The notes under the pieces were generated by a model. It made no database searches. It had not been told where the DNA came from and saw only the letters and a list, made by a program, of their open reading frames with translations. DNA of 64,000 nt from assembly GCA_051362555.1 (NCBI GenBank), contig CM120643.1, positions 1 through 64,000 of the forward strand, in the 5' to 3' direction. This stretch comes from Lingula anatina (lineage: Eukaryota > Animalia > Brachiopoda). The position numbers and the translations under genes were made by a program. The first letter of the stretch is position 1. Each line of letters starts with the position of its first letter. Below are positions 1 through 14,960 of this stretch, in pieces.

Positions 1-3000
1 CCCTAACCCTAACCCTAACCCTAACCCTAACCCTAACCCTAACCCTAACCCTAACCCTAACCCTAACCCTAACCCTAACCCTAACCCTAACCCTAACCCT
101 AACCCTAACCCTAACCCTAACCCTAACCCTAACCCTAACCCTAACCCTAACCCTAACCCTAACCCTAACCCTAACCCTAACCCTAACCCTAACCCTAACC
201 CTAACCCTAACCCTAACCCTAACCCTAACCCTAACCCTAACCCTAACCCTAACCCTAACCCTAACCCTAACCCTAACCCTAACCCTAACCCTAACCCTAA
301 CCCTAACCCTAACCCTAACCCTAACCCTAACCCTAACCCTAACCCTAACCCTAACCCTAACCCTAACCCTAACCCTAACCCTAACCCTAACCCTAACCCT
401 AACCCTAACCCTAACCCTAACCCTAACCCTAACCCTAACCCTAACCCTAACCCTAACCCTAACCCTAACCCTAACCCTAACCCTAACCCTAACCCTAACC
501 CTAACCCTAACCCTAACCCTAACCCTAACCCTAACCCTAACCCTAACCCTAACCCTAACCCTAACCCTAACCCTAACCCTAACCCTAACCCTAACCCTAA
601 CCCTAACCCTAACCCTAACCCTAACCCTAACCCTAACCCTAACCCTAACCCTAACCCTAACCCTAACCCTAACCCTAACCCTAACCCTAACCCTAACCCT
701 AACCCTAACCCTAACCCTAACCCTAACCCTAACCCTAACCCTAACCCTAACCCTAACCCTAACCCTAACCCTAACCCTAACCCTAACCCTAACCCTAACC
801 CTAACCCTAACCCTAACCCTAACCCTAACCCTAACCCTAACCCTAACCCTAACCCTAACCCTAACCCTAACCCTAACCCTAACCCTAACCCTAACCCTAA
901 CCCTAACCCTAACCCTAACCCTAACCCTAACCCTAACCCTAACCCTAACCCTAACCCTAACCCTAACCCTAACCCTAACCCTAACCCTAACCCTAACCCT
1001 AACCCTAACCCTAACCCTAACCCTAACCCTAACCCTAACCCTAACCCTAACCCTAACCCTAACCCTAACCCTAACCCTAACCCTAACCCTAACCCTAACC
1101 CTAACCCTAACCCTAACCCTAACCCTAACCCTAACCCTAACCCTAACCCTAACCCTAACCCTAACCCTAACCCTAACCCTAACCCTAACCCTAACCCTAA
1201 CCCTAACCCTAACCCTAACCCTAACCCTAACCCTAACCCTAACCCTAACCCTAACCCTAACCCTAACCCTAACCCTAACCCTAACCCTAACCCTAACCCT
1301 AACCCTAACCCTAACCCTAACCCTAACCCTAACCCTAACCCTAACCCTAACCCTAACCCTAACCCTAACCCTAACCCTAACCCTAACCCTAACCCTAACC
1401 CTAACCCTAACCCTAACCCTAACCCTAACCCTAACCCTAACCCTAACCCTAACCCTAACCCTAACCCTAACCCTAACCCTAACCCTAACCCTAACCCTAA
1501 CCCTAACCCTAACCCTAACCCTAACCCTAACCCTAACCCTAACCCTAACCCTAACCCTAACCCTAACCCTAACCCTAACCCTAACCCTAACCCTAACCCT
1601 AACCCTAACCCTAACCCTAACCCTAACCCTAACCCTAACCCTAACCCTAACCCTAACCCTAACCCTAACCCTAACCCTAACCCTAACCCTAACCCTAACC
1701 CTAACCCTAACCCTAACCCTAACCCTAACCCTAACCCTAACCCTAACCCTAACCCTAACCCTAACCCTAACCCTAACCCTAACCCTAACCCTAACCCTAA
1801 CCCTAACCCTAACCCTAACCCTAACCCTAACCCTAACCCTAACCCTAACCCTAACCCTAACCCTAACCCTAACCCTAACCCTAACCCTAACCCTAACCCT
1901 AACCCTAACCCTAACCCTAACCCTAACCCTAACCCTAACCCTAACCCTAACCCTAACCCTAACCCTAACCCTAACCCTAACCCTAACCCTAACCCTAACC
2001 CTAACCCTAACCCTAACCCTAACCCTAACCCTAACCCTAACCCTAACCCTAACCCTAACCCTAACCCTAACCCTAACCCTAACCCTAACCCTAACCCTAA
2101 CCCTAACCCTAACCCTAACCCTAACCCTAACCCTAACCCTAACCCTAACCCTAACCCTAACCCTAACCCTAACCCTAACCCTAACCCTAACCCTAACCCT
2201 AACCCTAACCCTAACCCTAACCCTAACCCTAACCCTAACCCTAACCCTAACCCTAACCCTAACCCTAACCCTAACCCTAACCCTAACCCTAACCCTAACC
2301 CTAACCCTAACCCTAACCCTAACCCTAACCCTAACCCTAACCCTAACCCTAACCCTAACCCTAACCCTAACCCTAACCCTAACCCTAACCCTAACCCTAA
2401 CCCTAACCCTAACCCTAACCCTAACCCTAACCCTAACCCTAACCCTAACCCTAACCCTAACCCTAACCCTAACCCTAACCCTAACCCTAACCCTAACCCT
2501 AACCCTAACCCTAACCCTAACCCTAACCCTAACCCTAACCCTAACCCTAACCCTAACCCTAACCCTAACCCTAACCCTAACCCTAACCCTAACCCTAACC
2601 CTAACCCTAACCCTAACCCTAACCCTAACCCTAACCCTAACCCTAACCCTAACCCTAACCCTAACCCTAACCCTAACCCTAACCCTAACCCTAACCCTAA
2701 CCCTAACCCTAACCCTAACCCTAACCCTAACCCTAACCCTAACCCTAACCCTAACCCTAACCCTAACCCTAACCCTAACCCTAACCCTAACCCTAACCCT
2801 AACCCTAACCCTAACCCTAACCCTAACCCTAACCCTAACCCTAACCCTAACCCTAACCCTAACCCTAACCCTAACCCTAACCCTAACCCTAACCCTAACC
2901 CTAACCCTAACCCTAACCCTAACCCTAACCCTAACCCTAACCCTAACCCTAACCCTAACCCTAACCCTAACCCTAACCCTAACCCTAACCCTAACCCTAA

Positions 3001-6000
3001 CCCTAACCCTAACCCTAACCCTAACCCTAACCCTAACCCTAACCCTAACCCTAACCCTAACCCTAACCCTAACCCTAACCCTAACCCTAACCCTAACCCT
3101 AACCCTAACCCTAACCCTAACCCTAACCCTAACCCTAACCCTAACCCTAACCCTAACCCTAACCCTAACCCTAACCCTAACCCTAACCCTAACCCTAACC
3201 CTAACCCTAACCCTAACCCTAACCCTAACCCTAACCCTAACCCTAACCCTAACCCTAACCCTAACCCTAACCCTAACCCTAACCCTAACCCTAACCCTAA
3301 CCCTAACCCTAACCCTAACCCTAACCCTAACCCTAACCCTAACCCTAACCCTAACCCTAACCCTAACCCTAACCCTAACCCTAACCCTAACCCTAACCCT
3401 AACCCTAACCCTAACCCTAACCCTAACCCTAACCCTAACCCTAACCCTAACCCTAACCCTAACCCTAACCCTAACCCTAACCCTAACCCTAACCCTAACC
3501 CTAACCCTAACCCTAACCCTAACCCTAACCCTAACCCTAACCCTAACCCTAACCCTAACCCTAACCCTAACCCTAACCCTAACCCTAACCCTAACCCTAA
3601 CCCTAACCCTAACCCTAACCCTAACCCTAACCCTAACCCTAACCCTAACCCTAACCCTAACCCTAACCCTAACCCTAACCCTAACCCTAACCCTAACCCT
3701 AACCCTAACCCTAACCCTAACCCTAACCCTAACCCTAACCCTAACCCTAACCCTAACCCTAACCCTAACCCTAACCCTAACCCTAACCCTAACCCTAACC
3801 CTAACCCTAACCCTAACCCTAACCCTAACCCTAACCCTAACCCTAACCCTAACCCTAACCCTAACCCTAACCCTAACCCTAACCCTAACCCTAACCCTAA
3901 CCCTAACCCTAACCCTAACCCTAACCCTAACCCTAACCCTAACCCTAACCCTAACCCTAACCCTAACCCTAACCCTAACCCTAACCCTAACCCTAACCCT
4001 AACCCTAACCCTAACCCTAACCCTAACCCTAACCCTAACCCTAACCCTAACCCTAACCCTAACCCTAACCCTAACCCTAACCCTAACCCTAACCCTAACC
4101 CTAACCCTAACCCTAACCCTAACCCTAACCCTAACCCTAACCCTAACCCTAACCCTAACCCTAACCCTAACCCTAACCCTAACCCTAACCCTAACCCTAA
4201 CCCTAACCCTAACCCTAACCCTAACCCTAACCCTAACCCTAACCCTAACCCTAACCCTAACCCTAACCCTAACCCTAACCCTAACCCTAACCCTAACCCT
4301 AACCCTAACCCTAACCCTAACCCTAACCCTAACCCTAACCCTAACCCTAACCCTAACCCTAACCCTAACCCTAACCCTAACCCTAACCCTAACCCTAACC
4401 CTAACCCTAACCCTAACCCTAACCCTAACCCTAACCCTAACCCTAACCCTAACCCTAACCCTAACCCTAACCCTAACCCTAACCCTAACCCTAACCCTAA
4501 CCCTAACCCTAACCCTAACCCTAACCCTAACCCTAACCCTAACCCTAACCCTAACCCTAACCCTAACCCTAACCCTAACCCTAACCCTAACCCTAACCCT
4601 AACCCTAACCCTAACCCTAACCCTAACCCTAACCCTAACCCTAACCCTAACCCTAACCCTAACCCTAACCCTAACCCTAACCCTAACCCTAACCCTAACC
4701 CTAACCCTAACCCTAACCCTAACCCTAACCCTAACCCTAACCCTAACCCTAACCCTAACCCTAACCCTAACCCTAACCCTAACCCTAACCCTAACCCTAA
4801 CCCTAACCCTAACCCTAACCCTAACCCTAACCCTAACCCTAACCCTAACCCTAACCCTAACCCTAACCCTAACCCTAACCCTAACCCTAACCCTAACCCT
4901 AACCCTAACCCTAACCCTAACCCTAACCCTAACCCTAACCCTAACCCTAACCCTAACCCTAACCCTAACCCTAACCCTAACCCTAACCCTAACCCTAACC
5001 CTAACCCTAACCCTAACCCTAACCCTAACCCTAACCCTAACCCTAACCCTAACCCTAACCCTAACCCTAACCCTAACCCTAACCCTAACCCTAACCCTAA
5101 CCCTAACCCTAACCCTAACCCTAACCCTAACCCTAACCCTAACCCTAACCCTAACCCTAACCCTAACCCTAACCCTAACCCTAACCCTAACCCTAACCCT
5201 AACCCTAACCCTAACCCTAACCCTAACCCTAACCCTAACCCTAACCCTAACCCTAACCCTAACCCTAACCCTAACCCTAACCCTAACCCTAACCCTAACC
5301 CTAACCCTAACCCTAACCCTAACCCTAACCCTAACCCTAACCCTAACCCTAACCCTAACCCTAACCCTAACCCTAACCCTAACCCTAACCCTAACCCTAA
5401 CCCTAACCCTAACCCTAACCCTAACCCTAACCCTAACCCTAACCCTAACCCTAACCCTAACCCTAACCCTAACCCTAACCCTAACCCTAACCCTAACCCT
5501 AACCCTAACCCTAACCCTAACCCTAACCCTAACCCTAACCCTAACCCTAACCCTAACCCTAACCCTAACCCTAACCCTAACCCTAACCCTAACCCTAACC
5601 CTAACCCTAACCCTAACCCTAACCCTAACCCTAACCCTAACCCTAACCCTAACCCTAACCCTAACCCTAACCCTAACCCTAACCCTAACCCTAACCCTAA
5701 CCCTAACCCTAACCCTAACCCTAACCCTAACCCTAACCCTAACCCTAACCCTAACCCTAACCCTAACCCTAACCCTAACCCTAACCCTAACCCTAACCCT
5801 AACCCTAACCCTAACCCTAACCCTAACCCTAACCCTAACCCTAACCCTAACCCTAACCCTAACCCTAACCCTAACCCTAACCCTAACCCTAACCCTAACC
5901 CTAACCCTAACCCTAACCCTAACCCTAACCCTAACCCTAACCCTAACCCTAACCCTAACCCTAACCCTAACCCTAACCCTAACCCTAACCCTAACCCTAA

Positions 6001-9000
6001 CCCTAACCCTAACCCTAACCCTAACCCTAACCCTAACCCTAACCCTAACCCTAACCCTAACCCTAACCCTAACCCTAACCCTAACCCTAACCCTAACCCT
6101 AACCCTAACCCTAACCCTAACCCTAACCCTAACCCTAACCCTAACCCTAACCCTAACCCTAACCCTAACCCTAACCCTAACCCTAACCCTAACCCTAACC
6201 CTAACCCTAACCCTAACCCTAACCCTAACCCTAACCCTAACCCTAACCCTAACCCTAACCCTAACCCTAACCCTAACCCTAACCCTAACCCTAACCCTAA
6301 CCCTAACCCTAACCCTAACCCTAACCCTAACCCTAACCCTAACCCTAACCCTAACCCTAACCCTAACCCTAACCCTAACCCTAACCCTAACCCTAACCCT
6401 AACCCTAACCCTAACCCTAACCCTAACCCTAACCCTAACCCTAACCCTAACCCTAACCCTAACCCTAACCCTAACCCTAACCCTAACCCTAACCCTAACC
6501 CTAACCCTAACCCTAACCCTAACCCTAACCCTAACCCTAACCCTAACCCTAACCCTAACCCTAACCCTAACCCTAACCCTAACCCTAACCCTAACCCTAA
6601 CCCTAACCCTAACCCTAACCCTAACCCTAACCCTAACCCTAACCCTAACCCTAACCCTAACCCTAACCCTAACCCTAACCCTAACCCTAACCCTAACCCT
6701 AACCCTAACCCTAACCCTAACCCTAACCCTAACCCTAACCCTAACCCTAACCCTAACCCTAACCCTAACCCTAACCCTAACCCTAACCCTAACCCTAACC
6801 CTAACCCTAACCCTAACCCTAACCCTAACCCTAACCCTAACCCTAACCCTAACCCTAACCCTAACCCTAACCCTAACCCTAACCCTAACCCTAACCCTAA
6901 CCCTAACCCTAACCCTAACCCTAACCCTAACCCTAACCCTAACCCTAACCCTAACCCTAACCCTAACCCTAACCCTAACCCTAACCCTAACCCTAACCCT
7001 AACCCTAACCCTAACCCTAACCCTAACCCTAACCCTAACCCTAACCCTAACCCTAACCCTAACCCTAACCCTAACCCTAACCCTAACCCTAACCCTAACC
7101 CTAACCCTAACCCTAACCCTAACCCTAACCCTAACCCTAACCCTAACCCTAACCCTAACCCTAACCCTAACCCTAACCCTAACCCTAACCCTAACCCTAA
7201 CCCTAACCCTAACCCTAACCCTAACCCTAACCCTAACCCTAACCCTAACCCTAACCCTAACCCTAACCCTAACCCTAACCCTAACCCTAACCCTAACCCT
7301 AACCCTAACCCTAACCCTAACCCTAACCCTAACCCTAACCCTAACCCTAACCCTAACCCTAACCCTAACCCTAACCCTAACCCTAACCCTAACCCTAACC
7401 CTAACCCTAACCCTAACCCTAACCCTAACCCTAACCCTAACCCTAACCCTAACCCTAACCCTAACCCTAACCCTAACCCTAACCCTAACCCTAACCCTAA
7501 CCCTAACCCTAACCCTAACCCTAACCCTAACCCTAACCCTAACCCTAACCCTAACCCTAACCCTAACCCTAACCCTAACCCTAACCCTAACCCTAACCCT
7601 AACCCTAACCCTAACCCTAACCCTAACCCTAACCCTAACCCTAACCCTAACCCTAACCCTAACCCTAACCCTAACCCTAACCCTAACCCTAACCCTAACC
7701 CTAACCCTAACCCTAACCCTAACCCTAACCCTAACCCTAACCCTAACCCTAACCCTAACCCTAACCCTAACCCTAACCCTAACCCTAACCCTAACCCTAA
7801 CCCTAACCCTAACCCTAACCCTAACCCTAACCCTAACCCTAACCCTAACCCTAACCCTAACCCTAACCCTAACCCTAACCCTAACCCTAACCCTAACCCT
7901 AACCCTAACCCTAACCCTAACCCTAACCCTAACCCTAACCCTAACCCTAACCCTAACCCTAACCCTAACCCTAACCCTAACCCTAACCCTAACCCTAACC
8001 CTAACCCTAACCCTAACCCTAACCCTAACCCTAACCCTAACCCTAACCCTAACCCTAACCCTAACCCTAACCCTAACCCTAACCCTAACCCTAACCCTAA
8101 CCCTAACCCTAACCCTAACCCTAACCCTAACCCTAACCCTAACCCTAACCCTAACCCTAACCCTAACCCTAACCCTAACCCTAACCCTAACCCTAACCCT
8201 AACCCTAACCCTAACCCTAACCCTAACCCTAACCCTAACCCTAACCCTAACCCTAACCCTAACCCTAACCCTAACCCTAACCCTAACCCTAACCCTAACC
8301 CTAACCCTAACCCTAACCCTAACCCTAACCCTAACCCTAACCCTAACCCTAACCCTAACCCTAACCCTAACCCTAACCCTAACCCTAACCCTAACCCTAA
8401 CCCTAACCCTAACCCTAACCCTAACCCTAACCCTAACCCTAACCCTAACCCTAACCCTAACCCTAACCCTAACCCTAACCCTAACCCTAACCCTAACCCT
8501 AACCCTAACCCTAACCCTAACCCTAACCCTAACCCTAACCCTAACCCTAACCCTAACCCTAACCCTAACCCTAACCCTAACCCTAACCCTAACCCTAACC
8601 CTAACCCTAACCCTAACCCTAACCCTAACCCTAACCCTAACCCTAACCCTAACCCTAACCCTAACCCTAACCCTAACCCTAACCCTAACCCTAACCCTAA
8701 CCCTAACCCTAACCCTAACCCTAACCCTAACCCTAACCCTAACCCTAACCCTAACCCTAACCCTAACCCTAACCCTAACCCTAACCCTAACCCTAACCCT
8801 AACCCTAACCCTAACCCTAACCCTAACCCTAACCCTAACCCTAACCCTAACCCTAACCCTAACCCCTAACCCTAACCCTAACCCTAACCCTAACCCTAAC
8901 CCTAACCCTAACCCTAACCCTAACCCTAACCCTAGCCCTAACCCTAACCCTAACCCTAACCCTAGCCCTAACCCTAACCCTAACCCTAACCCTAGCCCTA

Positions 9001-9201
9001 ACCCTAACCCTAACCCTAACCCTAGCCCTAACCCTAACCCTAACCCTAACCCTAGCCCTAACCCTAACCCTAACCCTAACCCTAACCCTAACCCTAACCC
9101 TAACCCTAACCCCTAACCCTAACCCTAACCCTAACCCTAACCCCTAACCCTAACCCTAACCCTAACCCTAACCCTAACCCTAACCCTAACCCTAACCCCT
9201 A
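1..9201 (+). repeat. Telomeric (CCCTAA)n / (TTAGGG)n array, left chromosome end
   Basis: Uninterrupted CCCTAA from base 1 to ~8862, then CCCCTAA and CCCTAG variants, ending abruptly at ~9201. C-rich strand at the 5' end is the orientation of a left telomere. Confidence 0.99.
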
Positions 9202-11354
9202 TCTGGTGATGATGGTTTCTGGTTTTTTTTTTTTTTTTTTTCATCCTATTCAGGATGTATTAATTTTCTTACTACTAATGAAACATTGTATATGGATTAT
9301 TCTAGTATGTAGAAGGTTTTATATATTTCTGCTTTCCTAATTACCTCCAGTACAATATTGACATATTCCTTAAGTTAAGTTTGTAGAGAAATGTGGTGTT
9401 AAAAGTTATCTTTAATAGTTATCATATAATTAATTTTTGACGGTATGTAATTAATTTAGTGTTGCAGAGATTAATAATTTCTCTATCTCTGCGAAGTGAA
9501 TCCTCGGCGTACTTGGATAAATAAGCTAACTAATCTGATCACTGTTCACTATGCCACTCAGGTGTATCGTCTGAATATGCTCATTCAAGTAACTGGGTCA
9601 CATTCATCTCCACTCGTAACAAAGACACTCAGAGCAGATTCTGACCAGACAGAGGGTGTAGCGCAGTTTTTCCTCTAAGTCTCCACTAATATGTGAGTTT
9701 TATAATACCTTCATGCAGTTATTTTATAAGGACTATTGTTTTATTTGTAAGGAATATTGTAAGGTAATTTTGTATTTCGTAAAGAAACTATGTACTTTTT
9801 AGTAACCAGCAGTACTACAGTACAATATGGTGCAGTACAGTTAAAAAAAATGAAGACAGATTCAATTTATTCATAAAGCCTAAACCAATACAATTTTCCC
9901 CTTAGTTACTGTATATCTGACATGGCCCATATCACCGCTATTAACAATGCTTACTTGATTGTGCATTATGAGTATTGCAACTGTTAGATTAAACTGCAGG
10001 GGCTTGGGGGGTTACAAAAAAGAAGGGACGTACTCAATTATTTGAAGCAAAAAGAAAATTCAGTATATATATATATTGCCTTCAAGACACTCAACTTACA
10101 GAAGAATGCAATTGAGTTATTTTATTTTATTTTATTTATTTATTATTTTATTTATTTATTTTTTTTTTTTTGGGGGGGGGGCAAATCCTCATTAGGCCAG
10201 GAAGATCGTTCTCAAGAGGTACTGCCTTACTCTTCAATAACAACTTTTAGAATACAATTTTAAGTGATGCATGTGATACCATTGGTAATTATATGGTCGT
10301 TGAATTCATCATAGGTAAAAAATTATCGGTTATTACTGATTAATGTGTATGGAGCAAATAGAGACAGCCCCACCTTTTATGAATATCGATGATATTATTA
10401 GAAACTTCTAATGAGATTTTGTTATATTTATGGGAGATTTAATTTTAGTTCAAGACACCGAGTTGCATTTCTATACTAAGTTAAACAAACCCAAAGTTAG
10501 ACAAGAGACTTTACGACTGAAAGAGATCTTTAAATACAAGAGCCATGGAGAGTGAAACATTATTTGCATAAGTCGCGAAGAAAGCGTGGACGACGCCCTC
10601 AGTACAAATAACATTTTAGAACACGTGAACAAAAAAAAAAAAAAAAAAAAAAACATATCATTATATGCAAGGATCTTATTCACAGTCTACAGCTAGGTTT
10701 TTTAGACCATTATCCCACAAAAACTTTCACACCTTTCACACCTTGGGAAGATACCCTACGGTTTTCCAGATTTAGTCTGGGGCCCGTATTCTAGAATCTC
10801 CCTTTAGCGTTAACCCCATAGCGCCGGGAACCGCACATATGCGGTTCATTTTAAAAAATCCTCAGTGCCGGGAACCGCATATACGGGGTTTCTGTGTTTA
10901 CATGCTTGTGCTGTCCTCTGTCGTTTGTAACAATTCATGCTTCTATCACAAGAATAACTCAATGTTAGTTTTTTGTTTACTACCGGCTTTTGAAAGACGT
11001 GTAGCAAGAATTAGATAATGAAAAAGCGATTTATTTCAACCATTGTCGAGGTGCTAAGAAGTCAAAATGGCGTCGAGAAGTCCGCAGAAATTATGGTTTG
11101 AGAAATGTTCTAGTCTTGTTAGAAAATTCAGACTTCGGGGAAGTGTCCTTGATAGATTTTGATACTCCGATAACTTCAAGGTTTATACCTTTGGCTAGTA
11201 TGAGTTGTCAGAGAGCAGATTCGGACGTGGGGCTTGATTTATGAAAAACGCTGATGATACTAACGGCAGTAACCAAGCAGACGACAATAGTAATTGGAAG
11301 GGCTATATTGCTGATAAAATGACTGTAAACGTTCCGTGGCAAGTCAGGCTAAAT

Positions 11355-11600
11355 GTTGCCTTGTGTGCTGTATCAACATTGTCTTTTCCTGCTTGTGCAT
11401 AGAGACAAATGTCATATGTTACGTTGTACTGCATCAACATGTCTTTTCCTGCTTATGTATAAGTAAAAATGACATATGTTTACTTGTGTGCTGCATCTAC
11501 ATATGGCTTTTCCTGCTTGAGTATAAATACAGATGTAATATGTTTACTAGTGCGCTGTATCAACATGTCTTTTCCTGCTTGTGTATTAGTACAAATTCCA
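11355..11600. repeat. Degenerate ~57-60 bp tandem repeat
   Basis: Recurring 'tgtatcaacatgtcttttcctgcttgtg' about four times. Confidence 0.7.
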
Positions 11601-12251
11601 CGTTTGCTTGTATTTTTATGATGCAATTTTTATTCACGAAAGTGTAATATTTGCTCATGATATTGTTTGTATTCTTGTATACATGTATGATTTGAGTGCA
11701 AAACAAAATTTTATGAGTATCCTGGTTCAGTTGATTAAAAAACTATAGAAGAACTATTGAAAAAGGCACTTAATTTACAATCTATTTGTAATTATAAACG
11801 TAATTAGGTGGAAGTCTTCCAGTCAGCTAGCCCGCCCGTATATTGTGCAACTAGCTGACGTGATGAAGGTTTTTAGGTACAGCACGCATCCCAGGAAATT
11901 TATTATAACTCAAAAACTAAATAAGATATCTTTCTGAAATTTTCTGACATTATTTAAAATATATTTCGAATGTTTCTGAGAAAATTTCAACAAATTGTTT
12001 GGTAAAGTGAAAAAGAATGTGTATGCTGAAATTAAAGTTTTGTTTTTTACTTCTCTTCGAGAAAAGCAAGTCTCATATTTAAACTCCTGCTTTTTCTACC
12101 TAAGTTGATGATTCCTTAAATGTAAGGTTCGTCTGGAGTAACTTTTAGTCTTCCTTAAGCAGCCACCGTGTACAGTTCTCTTGTGAAAATCAGCTCCATG
12201 GAGGACTATGTAAACCAACATGCCTACCTAAATTCAAAATCATTAAATTCA

Positions 12252-12657
12252 AATAGAAAAGCACTCCGAGAGTGCAGAAAGCAGCAGAGTCTCCACCCAA
12301 TTTTGATTATATAATGATTTAGTTTTTTTATTTTTGATTATTTATTGATTATTGATCCAGATCATCACCAAAAACTAATCATCTGTTACTGGGCCAACTT
12401 GTAACAGTTCTTGAAAATTTCATAACAATCGGCCCGTAACTTTTTGAGTTATTTTTGATTTTTGATTATTGACCTTGGTCACCACCAAAAACTAACCACT
12501 TCTAAGTTAACCCATTTCTGACCTACCCTGAAAATTTCATCAAAATCGGCCCGTAACTTTTTGAGTTATGTTGATGACAAACAAACAAACAGACAGACAG
12601 AGAGAGAGACAGACAAACAAACAGGGGTGAAAACAAAACCTCCTTGGCGGAAGTAAT
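12252..12657 (+). mobile_element. Helentron-associated (HINE/DINE-1-like) non-autonomous element, copy 1
   Basis: Starts 'tagaaaagcactccgagag', has internal duplicated core, (ACAG/ACAA)n microsatellite and 3' 'acctccttggcggaagtaa'. Homologous to copies at 43399 and 56534. Confidence 0.7.
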
Positions 12658-13341
12658 ACATTTGATCGAGGATAGGCTTTTCTCTGTTGACTAGTTGCAT
12701 CAGTAGCTGCTTTTCGATATCAGAAAAGGGTTATGACTTTGGTTTTCTCATCCTCCAAACCATTCTTTTCTCTTCTTGGCATACTTGCTTTATTCACTAA
12801 ATTTGGCTTAGATCAAAACATCCACATACAGTGATAATGTCCATATGCGCTGTTGCATGACTGAAGTTGATCAGTTGACCTCAGTTGACCCCAATTATTC
12901 AACATTAATGAGGCGTTTTTAACAAGGAGGGTGTCACAAAGGCCTACTTTAACCAATGAGGAGCTCGTTTATGTCAGTGTCCCTTACCTAAAGGCTGACT
13001 TTCGTCAAAGTAATTCCTTTTCAAAGGAGAGGCTAAAGTGTGGTCTTAGAATACCAGTTCGTTAGGCGTTCCTTTACCAAGGAACACCTCATCAAAGGAA
13101 GCCTTTATAAAAGTAGACCTTAGGCCTATTTTAAGGAACATCTTGGAATTCGGGCCTTAGTGGTCACTTGTGATTACTCCATGAAACTGAAAACTGTTCA
13201 CTTAATCAGTACAAGCAAATGTGTTCACTCATGTGATACATGAGACCACACCTACTCACTGCTAATTATTAATGTTTTCATGGCTTGGCACAAAAGAGCT
13301 CCAATTGTGTGTTTTCTCAGTGAGGTGGTTTTTGACTCGAC

Positions 13342-13507
13342 CCGGTGTAACTGAGGGTCCGTGTAACAGAAAGTCCGCCCTCCATTTAGTTATAATGGTC
13401 AGGGTTAGCCTGACCTAAGTGGGTCAAAATCTAGGGCTAGGCTGAAGTGTAAAAATGAATGGGAAGCAGGCTCTGTATTATGGAAGACTCTTTGACATGT
13501 TACTCCG
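13342..13507. mobile_element. ~170 bp MITE with CCGGTGTAAC-type termini, copy 1
   Basis: Reverse-complement similarity to 41648-41821 and 43628-43727; ends 'ccggtgtaac'...'gttactccg'. Confidence 0.65.
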
Positions 13508-14402
13508 CCGTGATGATTAAACTCGGGACTTGCCTCGCCTGCCAGAGAACAATCACTGCTTCTCAATATATAGGTCCATTTTGAAAAAATATTCTTGAGG
13601 TTGAGGACAAAATGTATCAGTAGAAAAATTGAATCTCTTCATACCCCTTTAGCCCGGTTTAATTTTTGTTAATATTAATAACTAGCGAAAATTATCCAAA
13701 AGGGTTGTTATTTTTTAACCTTTTTTACTGAATTCGAAAACGTTCCATACAGCAAGGTGTGAATCAGAACATGTTTGCATTACAACACACTAGATTTATC
13801 TTTTCTGTCACAGTAGGTTTAGAAAACCGTTACTGGAAACTCTCCGTACTTATTAAAAGTCTAAAGTTACTCGGTAAGAAATTAAAAAAAACCGTGTGCA
13901 GGTTGGGTAAGTCAGACAATTTTTCCTGTTTTTGTTTTTTTATCTTTCTGTATAAATGGCACTCATAGAAGGGATATCGAAGACCAATGATTTTGCTACA
14001 TGTACATGTCACCACATCTAAATGGTTGTAGTCTTCTTCAGTGGCACGAAAACCTTTTAAATAATTTTGGCAATATTTGTTACAGTTTTGTATTGTACTA
14101 GTAACGTACATTAGAATATGGTGGTTTATTGAGAATAATATTTTCAGCTTTTTATCACATGTCGGTTACTTCGGAGTGGGTGGATGAAATACCCCTTGCC
14201 CCAAACCTCGAATATAGATTTCAACTGCTATATCAAACTGTTATAGGATAATTATTTATTGCTATATTTATAAAAGTGTAAAAAGAAATCAATGCACTCT
14301 GTCGAAAAAATATTAACATAAAATTTAATTAAAAAATTTGTTGCTGTTGGATAAAAATTGGTTTTGCTACATGTAGAGGTTGCTTTGAGGGAACGTATTC
14401 GG

Positions 14403-14688
14403 CAGGGGCGGATCCAGGATTATTTGAAGGGGGGGGATTACGGAACGACAGGCCTCAGATACGAAGCCAATCATCGCCCACTTGTGTTGGTGTAGGGCCT
14501 GCTCAAGGTCCCCGAACATTTTTGGTGTTCTGGAAGGTCAAACAATGCCATTTGGTACGGTTTAGAATTATAATTTTACTTGTCAAAATTCCATTTTCAA
14601 GAGGGGAATATTGGTGCGGTATATTTTTCAGAAACTGAAGGGGGAGCAGGACCCCCCCCCCCCTGACCCCCCTCTAAATCCGCCACTG
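14403..14688. mobile_element. hAT-like MITE (CAGGGGCGGATCC...ATCCGCCACTG)
   Basis: Imperfect terminal inverted repeats with G/C runs just inside. No clean 8-bp TSD visible. Confidence 0.6.
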
Positions 14689-14960
14689 GTAGGAAAGTTT
14701 TCATAACCCAGTCGAGTCTGTTTTTGTCTTCAGTTTTAGCACTAACATACCAATAGTAAATAGCGTGGAAGTACACTCTAAAACACCGCCGGGAAAAGCT
14801 GTGTATATATCATGATAAAATACAATGAAACATGGAATACATTATGTAAATGTTTTGTCGTTTGTTTTCCTTGTAGCTTGTCACAACATCAACTTTTCCT
14901 ATTAATTTAATTAAAAACGCTGTTTTCACAGTTTTGCGGATGTCCGACTGGCATGTCAAT

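Larger units (their letters stand above)
10780..13158. mobile_element. Probable PIF/Harbinger-type non-autonomous element with nested insertions
   Basis: Imperfect terminal inverted repeats GGCCCGTATTCTAGA (~10781) and TCTTGGAATTCGGGCC (~13141-13157). Interior contains a TTAA-CCC-started segment (~10810) and a HINE-like element. Confidence 0.4.

Noticed and set aside
10810-12050. piggyBac-like element starting TTAA-CCC
   Set aside because: No matching GGG-TTAA end or transposase ORF found; at most a fragment.
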